A stretch of DNA of 64,000 nucleotides from Octopus vulgaris (Eukaryota). Positions 48,801-62,384 of the stretch are shown one piece after another; the first letter of the stretch is position 1, and each line of letters starts with the position of its first letter. Location: NCBI GenBank assembly GCA_951406725.2, contig OX597814.1:52452001-52516000 (forward strand), read 5' to 3'. A program made the position numbers and the translations under genes. Below the pieces are notes generated by a model. That model did not search any database and had not been told where the DNA came from. It worked only from the letters and a program-made list of their open reading frames with translations.

Positions 48801-51800
48801 AAAGAAAATTATGAGGGGAAAAAATCAGATTGTGTGAATTTTCCAAAAGTCAGTCCTCTCCCCACCCACCCCATTTGTTTGCACAAATTTTTGTTTTTAT
48901 ATTTGTTTACTACATATTTTTCAACACCTATTAGAAATTTATTTTTGATGACCAGGAGTTAAAGTAAACATTAACCTGACTATCTATTACTACTATCACA
49001 TAAAATTCTCATTCTAACATTCCACTTCCACCACCATCATTTCTACTATCATCAGACAACACAACACACTGTAATGGCTACAGTCAAATACAAAAAAAAA
49101 TGGCTTCTATCTAATATACTAAGCACTTACTTTCATAAACAGTCCTGTTTCCATCTGAAATAGAAGCTAGCATTAATATGAAACACAATCCTTACCTGTA
49201 TTCAGTGGGGAAGTACCATCACTGCCCCCAACTGCATACAGATATCCACCAAGTACAGCTACACCTACTCCAAGCCTTCGGGTACTCATAGATGCCACTT
49301 TGGTCCATTTATTTATCTGAGGATCATATCTGAAATTAAAAAAGAAAAAAAAAACATGTACAGCAGATTGAAGAAGGGACTGTGCCCTTGATCTTCCTAG
49401 ATTCTCTGATGGATGAAAAAAAATTTGGTAGATAGAGGTTGTGTGCTTAACAAACTAAATAACTGATTGAAAACTAATATAGCTACAGTATAACACCACT
49501 TCTCTTAGCCAGTGTGACTAAGAAAAAATTTTATACACACTTCATAGCTATTTGCTAGTGAGAGTATTCTTCATCTATTGGGGAGATTCACAATCCAGTA
49601 TTTTTCCATATATTTTAGTCTTGTAATACTACTTTCAAGTACATTCTAAGTTTCCCAGGTTAATGATTGAAATTCTTTTGGTTTTTTTCTTATTCTAGTA
49701 CAAGTATCATCAACAACTCGTATGCGAACATTGAAATTTGTAGAACTATGAAAAACCATCAAACTCTTAGACAAATAGATGTCAAGAAAAATAGACATTG
49801 TTATGCATCTTTTTTTTTTTACTGCACTCATTGGTTCCAAATTATAGAGATAGCTTTCTTCTCTTCATTCAACATTTTAACAGTCTTCGTTGTTACTGAT
49901 ATGTTTCTATTCCAAACTACATTCATCATCATCATCATCATCGTTTAGCGTCCGTCTTCTAACACTAAATAAAACACTAAATAAAAAAGAAAATACTTTA
50001 ATCTTTTTAAAAAGATTTAAGGGAAAAAAACTGCTTTCTGAAAATATATCTTTTAGCATTTTCTTATCAGATCATTATAAATACTATTTTATTTTACCTT
50101 ACATCAGACCTCGCAAATTAATCTCGTCACCATAAAGCCAAAAGCTTAAAAGCTTAATAATTCTGTTTCCAAAATTTCACACTGAAGTAGTTTTTACCTG
50201 TCTTGGATGTTACTGCTGTTACATCCAACAGAGGGCCATCTGACCAACTGACAATCATTAACTTATGACAATCTTCAACTGATTACAGATCAGTTGAATT
50301 AGTTGAATTGATCATGGGTGCACTATCTCTTTCTGTCCCTTCTTGTTTCAACTAGCTGGCTGCAGATGCCCTTTACTCACACCCACTTGACACAATTGCC
50401 ATTCCTTGTTTCATAATACTTGGTAAGTCTTATCTTTCAGATCCCAGAATAAACATCTTGTTCACTCATTACCCTCTGCAAATGTCATGAACACTGGTCT
50501 CCCATCCTCTCTTTCTAACGTATAACTACTCTCCAAGCATCTATGCTTTTTTTTCTGATCTTACTTGGTTACTATTCATATAGCCAAAAGCTTATTGTAG
50601 TGTATTATATCTTTTCCTTTGTAGTTACTACACATACTTGTTCCTTCAAATAATCTCTAGAATTTGAAATAAATTCATAATTTATCCTACTGAAATAGAT
50701 TGTAGAACCTTAAAGGATTTTCTTAGCGCACAGATTCAACCTCGAAAGATGGGAAAAAGAGCCCAAAATACCTTTCTACAAAATTTAAGCAAGATACACC
50801 ATCTTGGCCTCCAACTGCATACATGTGTCCATCCAATACAGCTACTCCAACACTTGTTCGACAAGAGCTAGTTGGTGCAACATCACTGCTCCACTGATTT
50901 GTTTGAGGATCATATCTTCAAGTATTAAGAAAAAACAACATAATTGGAATTAGAAAAATATATGGAAGGAAAATAACAATTTACATGTCTTACATTGTGA
51001 CATTATAACATGGAAATGTTACTGATGTCTACATGTGATTTCATATTTATAATCATTTCAGATAATGACATTGTAACTAAAGTGTTAACAATGTCTGAAT
51101 ACCTGCCATTAAAGGTCATAAGGTAAATTATGTACACTGTGTCAAGAAGACAGAGTGAATCTTCCAGAAAATATATATTCTGAGACCTTTGCTAAATAAA
51201 TTTTGACAAGTACAGACTTTTGCGAATCTTCCAGAAAATATATTTTCTGAGGCCTTTGCTAAATAAATTTTGACAAGTACAGACCGCTGCTACTTAAATA
51301 GTCAAGCTATTTCAGAAATACTAAGCATTTTTTCATCTCTTGAAGAAAATATTATCTCAGAAATCAAACATAAATTTCTAATAAATTTTTTTTATAATTG
51401 CAGTTCAATTTATGTATCTGCTATGAAAATGAGGTAAGTTTTAATTAAATTTCCATGAATATATAGATGTAGAATATTTTTTAACATGACATTTGAACTC
51501 ATGTATTTCCACAAAAGCTCCTACTTGCTCTCCAACATACAACAATCGATACATTTCAATATGAGGTTCACACTTTTATGATCTAATTCAATTACTTCAT
51601 TCCAAGTTTACTTACATCATAAATACTACTCAACATTGACTGCTATCACATGAACAGGTTAATACATAATGTCAAAGACTGTCAGTACATTCCTATTACA
51701 AAATGAATATGTGATAAACTCTTACCTTTCAATGCTGTTTAAATAAGATTGTCCATCATGGCCTCCTACAGCATAAAGAAGGTCATTTAAGACAGCAACA

Positions 51801-54800
51801 CCTACACCACAGCGTCGTTTACTCATTGGTGCTACCATGCGCCATTCACTTGTCTGAGGGTCATATCTCTCAACGCTAGATATCGCATCACCACTACACC
51901 ATCCACCAACTGCAATTTAAGATTTTTAAGGATTATATATCAAAACAAGAAAAGTTTTTAAGATGAACAAACTGACTTATTTGTTTAGTTCAAATCAAAA
52001 AAGCAGCACAACCACTCTCAAGAGAAATTTCATTTTTCATTTGCAATATGAAACTATATTTATCAAAAAGACAGAGTAAAAGTTTATTATTTATTAGCCA
52101 CTGTTTGAGAGTTAAAGATAGCTGAATCAACAAGCTAGAACATATTTTGTTACTGCTGCTGCAATGTGATACTTGACTCTCAAAAGCTCTCAATAGGTAC
52201 CACATGCTGTATGCAATTGCAGTGTAGTAAAATTTATGATTGTTTGCTTTAGATGCAATACTGATATCGGACCATCTTATAAACATGGGATATAATAAAA
52301 ATGCTAACAATATGGCTCTATTTTCAATTCTATGCCAACTATTCCAGCATAGATTTGAAAATAAATGAATCAGTGTTAATAGTAAACATACCATTTGCCT
52401 TAATGAGAAAAGATTTGAAACGGTCACAAGACTGTTAAATAAAGAAAAATATGCTGTGTAAAGAACAAGCCATTAAAAGTGGAGCAAGGAGAATATTTAC
52501 CAGCGAACAATACTTCTCCACAACGAATGGGTTTCCGAGGTCTTGTTCGTGGCCCCTGCATGAGGGGTCTTTCTTGAGGCAAGAGGAGGTAGTTTTTAGC
52601 TTCATCTAGCAGATCACGACAGGATTCATCACTTTTTATAAGCAGATCAGATCCTACAGTACCAACCAGGAACTTCGGACTCATCAAAGGGAGACGAACA
52701 TGCTGTAAGACCTATAAATGGATAGACATTTTAGAAATATTTCCTGTTATTCACACAAAGTCTATAAAAGCAATTAAAATATCCTTTACATTATAACATA
52801 CCTTTACTTTGGGAGTTTTTATTAAAGTTTTCCTCTTCTGGTAAGGAATTTAGGTATCTAAGTAAATTATGAATTAGATATCTAAATAAATATATCTAAC
52901 ATTCAGTTAAGTATCCTAAGTAAAACTTCATGTGTAGATGTTGGAGTACATTAAGGTTGTACACATTGATCATGTTTTCATAGAAGCCATAAACAAATGC
53001 AAAAACAGTAATTTTCAATGGTACAACTTTAAAAAGCACACAAAAAATGTTGTTTTGTGAAGTTCACAGGTTCAAGTCTTATGTCATTGTTTGGCACCAA
53101 GACAACCTGAAATGAGCAGGCTTTTGATCAAAAGCATTCCAGTCATGACCATCTTTTAGTCAGCCATGGTATTTCTAGTACTATAATGTCCATTTTTTTT
53201 TAAATAACAGGATGTGATTTAAGGTAAATTTGGTTGTTATTTCTTTCAGGTTGAAAAGAGCTCTCATTGGCATATTTTACATAATTGCCCCCAATAAAAG
53301 TTCAACGTTAGAATTCAAAATGAAGTGGCAGAATGGTTTCAGTTTGAATTGACTTGAGATTTGAAACTTCTGGAAAGAACTTAGTCACGAGGACACTACT
53401 TTGGACAAGTTGCATAGAGCATGGTTCAATATTGAAAACACTGCTCCAATGAAACATGGTTGGCTTGCTAAGCCTTATATTGTACACATGGCTAAGTTAT
53501 ATTTCTTTGAGTATATCAGTCTGCTATTTCAGTTTTACAGATGGGTAGTTAGGAGTAAGCAATCAAATACCCAGTTTGCTGAGCTGTGGACAATATTAAT
53601 GAAAACATTATTTGATTCCAATATAATCATACTTGCAGAGAAAAATAAATGTGAAACTTTTATTTAAGAAATGTTGCAAGAATATTTCAAAAGGAATATT
53701 TATTTATATACATTTGTTCGTTTACCAAAAATACAATTAATAGATTATTAAAGAATAAAGAATTCTGTATTGCTTGACATACAGTTGGAAGATGCTGCCT
53801 TCTCTCTTGGATATTGTAACGGACCCATGCCATGACAGCGTTGTAGACTTGTTCTTCACTTCGTACATTCAGCTCATCACTGGAGATTATATCAACAAGT
53901 TGATTCACAGGAAGTAATAAGAATTCCTCACTTTCCATCACCTACAAAAATTTAAACATTATCATTTGAAAATTCAAGTATCTCTGAAACTGCACTATAG
54001 TATGCTGGTCTAATTTGATTTAACATTCCCTGAAGAACTGATGTTCATTCTTGATACCAAGGTGAATTAAGATATGAACACCTGGCTCAATATCATAGCC
54101 ACTCACCTATTTTCCCTATACTTTTATTATGTTTGAAGTATTACACTGTGTAACGAAATTTTAATTTTTCTTTTTTTTTTTGTCTTTGGTCTATAAACGT
54201 TATTTCCTATTTGCCTTTATCTAGAAATCAAAAGAAATGACTACTATTCCCTTCAAACTTTGCTTTGTGACCTGGATATCAATGATTTGAAACTGACCAA
54301 TTTTCCATTACATTTAGTGCAGAGTTGCTGAAGCAGAAATATCATTATAGCAAATATCCTGCTCAGTACCACAGATTTGCTTGTCAGTTGCTTCACTATA
54401 ACCACTTGTGCATGTCCCATGACAATATGTGCAGGAGCATCATAGCAATGTGTTGAGAAGGATTCTTTGGGGTTTAAATAAATGTAACAAAAGCAAGGTT
54501 TGAAGGAAATAAATATTAGTTCTTTTTCATACTTTCTAGGAGTAAGCAAAGAGGAAATAACAGTTACTACCCAGGGACAAAAATCGCGTTACACAGTATT
54601 ATTTCATTTGAAGAAGCTGTGACTAGTAAATTTATGAACACTCTTACTCTTGCACAAGTTTTAGTCATTAGACTGCAGCCATTCTAGGGCATTGCCTTGA
54701 AGGGTTTAGTTGATTAAATTGACACTAGTACTTATTCTTTAAGTATGGTACTTCTGTCAGATTCTGTTTTTACCAAACTACTATGTTACAGAGATATAAA

Positions 54801-55744
54801 CAAACTAACACAAACACAAATCACACACACATATTTGTGAGTGTGTGTGTGGTGTGTGTGTGAGTATACACACACATACACACAGATATATGATTGGCTC
54901 ATGCATAGTTTCTATGTATCAAATTCACTCACAAGGCATTGGCCCACCTGGAGCTATAATAGAAAACACATGCCTGCAAGGTTTCATAACACCTACATAT
55001 ACATATACATGTGCATGTATGTGTGTGTTTGTGTATACATGATGTATGTACACCACATGCATGCATGCACATAAATGATTGCTTGTTATAAGAAATCTGA
55101 TTTATGATAGAAATATGTAGAGATAGTGCGGTTAAGTGCTAAATATATTGATCAGTCATGGGAGCAAGAAAGCATTTGGTAATGCCTTTATCAATTGGTA
55201 TTGCAAATACAAGAAATAAAACAGTATAAAAAAAAACGAAATTTACCTCTTGAAAGTTGTGTTGGGTAAATTTGTCAGCTATCCTTAGGAGGTCTCGGCA
55301 GGCATGAGTATCAGCAAAGGCACGAATCCCAAGGCAATTGGATGGATCCAGTTGCCGTTTTAAGAACTCACAGCACACTTCTTGAATTTCAGCTAGCTGC
55401 AATAAGCATGCAGCTGGCAGTAAAGTCTGTACATTGCTTTCTTCAACAGTAATGTTTGCAGTATAACAAAAGTCTATGAGAAGCTCCATGGCATTCTCGT
55501 CAATGTCTCTTATGGTGACCTCAGTCTGACGGCTCTCTGCTAATTCTCCAGTGAACATGGCATGGAAGTAAGGACTGCATGCTGACAAAATCATACGATG
55601 AGCAAAAATCTTTCGTTGTCCAACAATAAGCACCACATCACACAGTTCTCTCAATTTCCGAAGAACATTGATGGCCTCTAATGTATGCCGCGGATGTTTA
55701 TCTGAGGTGTAGGCCAGCCGTGCTGGAGACGGAGGGCGCTCCAT
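45666..55744 (-). CDS. KLHL20: Kelch-like protein 20 / diablo (BTB-BACK-Kelch), 8 coding exons, ~576 aa
   Basis: Exons 55247-55744, 53783-53941, 52501-52711, 51726-51909, 50772-50915, 49196-49329, 46769-46977, 45666-45857. All GT-AG, phases 0,0,1,2,2,1,0 consistent, total 1731 nt. Confidence 0.95.
46769..46977 (-). CDS. KLHL20: KLHL20 coding exon 7
   Basis: ctag|(V)[10 protein letters not shown]...MTSRRSG|gtaagt. Confidence 0.93.
48576..48972. mobile_element. Fold-back MITE in a KLHL20 intron
   Basis: aatgtttacttcaactcc...aatctgattttt pairs with aaaaatcagatt...ggagttaaagtaaacatt (~150-bp imperfect arms). Confidence 0.8.
49196..49329 (-). CDS. KLHL20: KLHL20 coding exon 6
   Basis: tttcag|[44 protein letters not shown]|gtaag; not in the ORF track. 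Confidence 0.92.
50772..50915 (-). CDS. KLHL20: KLHL20 coding exon 5
   Basis: ttgaag|[47 protein letters not shown]|gtatt; not in the ORF track. Confidence 0.92.
51157..51284. repeat. Tandem duplication of ~62 bp
   Basis: gaatcttccagaaaatatat...ctttgctaaataaattttgacaagtacagac occurs twice. Confidence 0.9.
51726..51909 (-). CDS. KLHL20: KLHL20 coding exon 4
   Basis: ttgcag|(V)[17 protein letters not shown]...[13 protein letters not shown]|gtaag; not in the ORF track. Confidence 0.92.
52501..52711 (-). CDS. KLHL20: KLHL20 coding exon 3
   Basis: ttatag|[22 protein letters not shown]...[18 protein letters not shown]|gtaaat. Confidence 0.93.
53783..53941 (-). CDS. KLHL20: KLHL20 coding exon 2
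   Basis: ttgtag|[11 protein letters not shown]...RRQHLPT|gtatgt. Confidence 0.93.
54648..54990 (-). mobile_element. CORE-like SINE
   Basis: Homologous to 62385-62785. Confidence 0.65.
55247..55744 (-). CDS. KLHL20: KLHL20 coding exon 1 (BTB domain)
   Basis: ATG at 55744, [10 protein letters not shown]...LCDVVL...[13 protein letters not shown]...HNFQE|gtaaat. An upstream acceptor ttttccag (exon start 55787) implies a 5'UTR exon further right. Confidence 0.93.
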
Positions 55745-56059
55745 TGTAGTAAAATAAAAAACAAAATAAAGGTTTTGTTTGCAAAATCTGGAAAACAAGT
55801 AAAATTATTTCAAGTTATTTGAGGAATCAAAACAGAAAAGAACACACAAATTCATAAAATAAAAACATACTATGAGGGGTGTATAAAAAAAAAAATTCAG
55901 GTATTAGTGTCGTAAACATTATCTAAACTTGAATGTTTTCTTTACACAATAATATAATTTAATTTCATGCACACAACATTTTTAAATGCATAATATTTTG
56001 TGAAATAAATAGAAAATGTGGCTGTTCATGTCTTGTAAATACAGAGACAGGAATAATAT

Positions 56060-56478
56060 TATCATCATTTTAATGTTCACTTTCCTATACTCGCATGGGT
56101 CAAACAATTAGTTGAGGGAAATTTTTTACGGCTGGATGCCTATCCTACTGCTAACACACACTTGTTTCAAAGTAAGGTAGTACTTCTCCCTGACCAAGCA
56201 TGTTTTCTCAAAATATTAGAAACAAAGGACATCACTTACACAACAGTGACACTTGTTTACAACTACCACATACTGTCAAAGCAAGAAGACAGTAAACACA
56301 CACACACACACCAACACATACATCTATATAAACCAGATTTCTTTCAGTTTAGTGTACCAAACCCATTTGGTTAGCCAGGGGCTCAGGTAGAAGACACTTA
56401 CCCAAGATGTCACACAGTGGGACCGAACCCAGCTCCATGTGATTAGGAAGCAAACTTCTTACCATACAGCCATACTTG
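56060..56478 (-). mobile_element. CORE-like SINE
   Basis: Head: gtatggctgtatggtaagaagtttgcttcc...ggttcggtcccactgtgtgacatcttgggtaagtg (tRNA boxes plus a CORE-like ccttgggcaagt motif). Confidence 0.7.
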
Positions 56479-56860
56479 TGTCCATTAATGTCAGGTTCAT
56501 CTTGTAGCACATCAATGAACTTTATATACAACTAGCAATGAAACTTTCTTAATACTTCTCAAATCACTTGTTAATCTGTAATTTATCAGTGTTGCTAAGA
56601 TAAAAGCTTTAACCATTTAAGCATTTAAACTGGCCATATCCGGCCCAAATATTTTACATGTTTAATGTGAAAACTGGCCAGCTTCTTGCACCTACCCTAT
56701 AACATCATTCTGAAAATAAATAACCACATCACCACAAGATAATGCATGATTAATTCAAAATAAATAAGCATTATGTCTGACAGAATAATCTGATTGTTAG
56801 AGGGTTAAAATATCCAGTTTACTTCTCCCTACTCTGCTTTCTATGAGGAAACAATAAATA

Positions 56861-58014
56861 CAGGGTGAGTCAAAATTATGTTAACACTGGTATGGGAGAA
56901 ATTATTTATTCAGAATTTACAGAACAGTCTCAACCTGGTCACCAGCTTGATCAATACACAAAAACCAGCCATCAACAGTACAATTTAGTACCTTGACACA
57001 CATTTTGCGGGGAATACTTGATATGACATCTTGTACTGTCCTTGAGTTCATCGATGTCTTTAACTTTTTTGCTATACATGTGCTCCTTTACTATGCCTCA
57101 TAACCAGAAGTCACAGGGTGTCAGATCAAGGGAGTGTCACTGGTCTACCACGACCTATCCAACGATTTGGAAATGTTTGATTGAGAAAAGCACAAACAGT
57201 ATGGGCAAAATGAGGCAGTGCACCATCCTGTTGGAAATACTCTGTCCGTATGATTCGTAGAGGTATTTCATCAATGGCAAACTCCTGCAGCATTTGTAAG
57301 TAGGCATTTGAAGTCACTGTTGGAGTTTCAAAGAAATAGGGTCCAATTATGCCAGTAGTGGTCACGGTACACCACACATTTACCTTTGCTCTTGAATGAC
57401 ACGTGGTTTTCAGTACCCCAGAAAATGGTGTTATGTCAGTTGACATGACTACTTGTATGAAAAATGGCTTCATCACTGAATTCCATTTGACTTACAATGT
57501 CCAGTTGGATATTTGTCATTTCAGCTAGAATCTGACAGCATTCCACATGAAACTGATTTTGCTGAGTTGTCAAAACTTGGACAACTTGTATGCGATATGG
57601 TCACATGCCAAGGTCTTTGGATAGGATTCAGCACATTGTTCTCTGTGGAATCCCTGTTTCCAGACTGCATCGTCTCGTCGATTTAGATGGACTCCGGAGT
57701 ACGGCCTGCTGCACAGCAGCAATGTTCAAGGTTCTTCTGCCTGATTTGGGCTGGCCCGCATTTCCTTGATAGTTGTCTTTTACTGATCCAGTCGATACAA
57801 ACTTGTCATGGATACGACAAATTGTTAAATGACTTGGTGGGTCACAATCTGGAAATCATTCAGCAAACTTTTGATGCACTGTGTTGTTGACGAGCCAAAC
57901 ACTTCCATCAAGCTTGCAACCACCTTTCTTTGTTCCAATGTGAGTATGGTAGCTATAGGGAACGTCTATCTGTAACAGAACATAAAAGTGTTAACATAAT
58001 TTTGACTCATCCTG
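56861..58014 (-). mobile_element. Full-length Tc1/mariner element, rosa/DD41D-like, transposase decayed
   Basis: TA|cagggtgagtcaaaattatgttaacact ... agtgttaacataattttgactcatcctg|TA; KVNVWC...IIGPYFF...FQQDGA.PH...FPNRWIGRG...DLTPCDFWL*G. Confidence 0.92.
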
Positions 58015-58439
58015 TATATCTTCTCTTTACACACCCATCTAAAACATGATTTCTGTTTGAGTCAAGTGTTTATTATTTGACAGAATAATCTGAATGCTAG
58101 AGGCTTAAAATATCCAGTTTCATCCCTACTGTTTTCTATGAGGAAACATAACAAATATAAATATATCCTCTTTTTATGTACACCCATTTAAAACACAATT
58201 ACTGAGTCAAGTGTTTACTATTTGTTTTATTAATATCATCCATTATGAATAATACAGATAGTTTAATGTGACACTGACAATGAAAACATTGTTTTTTAAG
58301 GAATGTCACAGTGGTTACAAAATGTTACAAAGGTGAAGAGTTCAAGCACTGAATAGTTATTCAATGGCCATGATTCTGAATGTCTCCCAGCAATGAATGT
58401 GTTTCAATTCATAGCTCTGATACTCACTCAGCTGTAAAT

Positions 58440-58785
58440 ATACTACTAGTCCCACTGAGTAGCACCTTGAATAAGTATCTTCTATTAAAACTTCAAGCCA
58501 ATCCAAAGCTTGGGAGTAGATTTGGTAGGTGGAAACTGAAGAAACCTGTCGTGTGTCTGTGTCTCCTTGACCTGACATCATGTGGTAGCTGTAAATGATT
58601 ATCAATGTCATAAAATCAGTATCATTCATTTCCAATATTCTGTGAAAACATGCCTGACCATGGGGAAATCTTGCCTTACTTGGACATAGGTAAAGGAAGG
58701 GCATCTGGATATAGGAAAAAATCTAACTCAATAAATTCCATCTGATCTCTTGCAAGCATGGAAAAATAGACATTGAAATGGATAT
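58440..58785 (+). mobile_element. CORE-like SINE
   Basis: agtcccactgagtagcaccttgaataagtatcttc...gatttggtaggtggaaactga...agcatggaaaaatagacattgaa. Confidence 0.65.
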
Positions 58786-61700
58786 ATATATGATGGATGG
58801 ATCTCAGTTAATTTCAATAAGCACTGGGCTGTTAGATCAACTAAAATAATTTTAATCTGCAGTAACTATGTAAATTCACAACACAGTCAGTCATCTGATA
58901 TTTAATATTGTATTTTGGAATAAGCATCTTAAATACATGGACTAGCTTTACTATTCACATCATTATTCTTTTAATCTTCAATCATACTCCTGGTGCAGCA
59001 AATATTAATGATTAAGAAATAAGTCGTTGATGAAAGACTATGAAAGAATACAGAAATTATTAATACAGCAATGTGTTCTGACCAAGATGCCCCTTCCAAA
59101 ACATAATATGGGATACAAGTGTTCAGATCAAAACTCTTGCCGAACATGTTGATAAAGTAATACTATATCAACTCAATCATTTTTATATAAGGCTAAACTG
59201 AGGAACTGAAAAAGAAAATACGAGCTGATAGACTATGAAACTTGAATCAACAAAATAAGAATAGACTATTCCATCCCAACAGCAACCTTCCCTACCCATG
59301 ATAAAAATAAACCATGAACTGAAATTTATTTACAAATAGTTTTTGCTGTATAACCCCCAAGACAGTCTTGATCTTGTAAACCTATGATTAAAGATGATTA
59401 AACAAATCCTTATTTTTTCAAGTAGCATATTTAGTATGACATTGATGTGGCCCAAATTTAGACAGTAGCTGTGTTTGAGGGAGAAATAGCAGCTGTTTTT
59501 AGCAAGTTGAGCAGCCATATAGATTTTCACACAGTGGTGCACATGAAAATATTCTTTCCTACTCTAGGCACAAGGCCTGAAATTTTGGGGGTGGGTGACA
59601 GTCGATTAGATTGACCACAGTATTCAACTAGTACTTAAATTATCGACCCCAAAAGATGAAAGGCAAAGTTGATCTCGGTAGAATTTCACGTGAAAATATT
59701 ATACAAGGTTAAGTGCACATTTAATTTCTATGATTTCTCTGTTTAAAATATGTATTTCTATTTCTAATCTATTTTATAACTATTAGTTGAAGTTCAAAGA
59801 ACACTTACCAACGAATACAACATAAATTGGCCAAACATTCCCTCCATTCCTTCATCACTTTAACAGATAAGAGTCAACAGGTGCTCTGTAAGTCAGTCTT
59901 GACAGAGATGAGAACTTTTGGATTCATCTAGCTCTTATTTTCAACTTCTTTCAATGCTGATCATATTGCTAAATTCAAATGGTCAAATTTACCAGGTATA
60001 TATTTGGTGCTGAAGATCCATCTTTTGAATACCACCATTACATAACTTACCAACATCAATATCATCATAATCACCAGACTCAAAACCTATTTATATATTT
60101 GGGATTTTACTATTGCATCTACAAGAACCAACAGGAAAATATTGAAATTTAGAAGTCAATTCCTCATACTTGATGGAACAGTAATAGCCTTATTGTAAAT
60201 TTCAGTTGATTCAATCCTCTACCATTTTGTGGCATCACAGACATTCAAGAATGCCTCATTAACAATGTAGTTCTCATTTCCAAAACTATTTGTAGAAATG
60301 TGATCTGCTGATCAGAAAGGCAAATAACTCTTTTTAGCATTTCAGAAAAAAATTTCATTTCCAATCCACAGACTCTTAATACACACAAATTGTTGATCCT
60401 TGTTTTAGATTGTTCTTCACACTAACTTTTTACAACCTCTGGGGCAATCAAAAGAAAGAAGTGCTATCCAAACCATACATGTCTAACCAATAAAAGAACT
60501 AGATACAAATTAAAAACTGAAAAAAATGGGGAAAGGAAAAGAACAGTTCACATTATGATTTAGCTTTCATTGTTTTATTCAATATTTGAAGCGATTCTGT
60601 TCAGCATATATTAGATATATGCTTTGGCTGAGACATTAATACAAACAAGTTACACAGATGAGTTTTAATACCAAATTTCAATTTGCAGAGTTTCCTTATT
60701 TGTATTTAACGTACCAATTAAAAAGTTTTTGAAATTGGGAAGGCAAAACTCTATGGTTGTGCCAGCTATAAATAAACCTCCAAATATGTTGCCATGTAAA
60801 CAAATCTGATACTATGTAATTATGATGCAGCCAGATACAATATGTTTGTTATTATAAAGGCAGCTAGTTTGAAATGTAGCAATGCATAAGCAAAAGCCAC
60901 TGAGAAGAGGGAACATTTTAAAGCAGCAGTGAATGGAATGGTCCACAAACTGACAAACTCAGCCCCCCCCCACTCCTCAACTACATTATGGAAATAATTT
61001 GCCCCACTCTTTATTAATGAGAAGACAAATAGAGTTTGCTTCCAAATACTTCTTCCTTCTTTGATATGTTGCAAAGCAACTTGTCCACCTTTTTTTTGCA
61101 ATTCTCATTCCCCTTCTCGATTAGAAACAGTGTACTAGAAGTATAGCATGAACTGTCAGCTTGAAGAGAGCGAATTCAATTGTTTTTCTTAGTGTCTTGT
61201 AAAGGAGGAATACAATATCTTGAAGGACATCTTTTTACAAAATAAATAAATAAATAAATATAATAAGAATTTACAAAAAATAAACACACACACACTCCAT
61301 TTATTGCATTCATACTGGTTTAAAAACTGACCAGACCTTTACTTTTTCCTATTATACATCTTCAGCTCCTGCAGATTGAACCGTTAGGACAAGAAGTTGA
61401 AGGAGAAGGGGTAAGTGTATATGTATACATACATATGAACGCACATCACTATAAAGACATCCCCTCATTTTGCGGAACTATTACATTCCTGAAATTCTTG
61501 TTATAATGTGGAATTCCACACAAAAACTATTTTCCCCATTTACTACCATTTTTAACATGGAAGTCAGTCAACAGAAAGTAAATTTAGCATTATGGCAAGA
61601 TTTTCAGGAATGCAATGCTTCCATTATGCAGGTGATGCTTGTACACGCAAACATACATACACACAACGAGATTAGAGTTAGCAACAAGGTCAGTAAGAAT

Positions 61701-61993
61701 TTAGCATGCAGGTTGATGTCAATCAAAGCTCAGTTCTCAAGTCTTTTGATTGATTACAGTTTTTCAGTTCTAACATAGAAGTTTAAGACTGCCTGTTCAT
61801 GGAAACTTCTGTATATTGATGACTTACTTCTCATAGCTGAATCTATTGAAGAATTAGATAATGTGTTCCAAATCTGGATGCAAGACATAGAACTGACTGG
61901 GCTTAAAGTAATCTTATTAAAGACAGAGGTTTTACTTAAATTTTGCATTTGCTTCGTAAGATTTTTGGTGTGTGTGAGTGACAGAAATAAGTT

Positions 61994-62039
<46 letters not shown>

Positions 62040-62384
62040 CTGATAGAATGTTGCAAACAGGAAGATGGGGAGAAATGAGTAAAGAAGAGAGAGAGAGAGA
62101 GAGATTGATACCTATTCATTTTGACATGGATTGTTTAAATCTTCCAACTTTTTGATTATAATATATATAAAAAAAAAAGCTATTTGAATTATTATGTTTT
62201 GAATATCAGAGATTCAGAATCTGCCAAAAACAGGTATTTTAATTTTTAAAATATTCCTTTTTCATTAAAAACAGAGACAGATGAAGGTTTCAGAGATTGA
62301 GAATCCGAGTACTCTTTCTTTTTTTGAATATGTATTCAGTTTGCATTTGAAGTTTATAATATATATATTGCATTTCTCTTTCAC

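Noticed and set aside
55745-55798. N-terminal extension of the KLHL20 ORF (MFSRFCKQ...)
   Set aside because: Non-ATG start spanning an intron acceptor; similarity to KLHL20 begins at MERPPSP.
59800-60480. Possible coding exon with a gtaagt donor on the minus strand
   Set aside because: Multiple stops; weak LINE-like motif (ELDESKSS); more likely an old retroelement relic.
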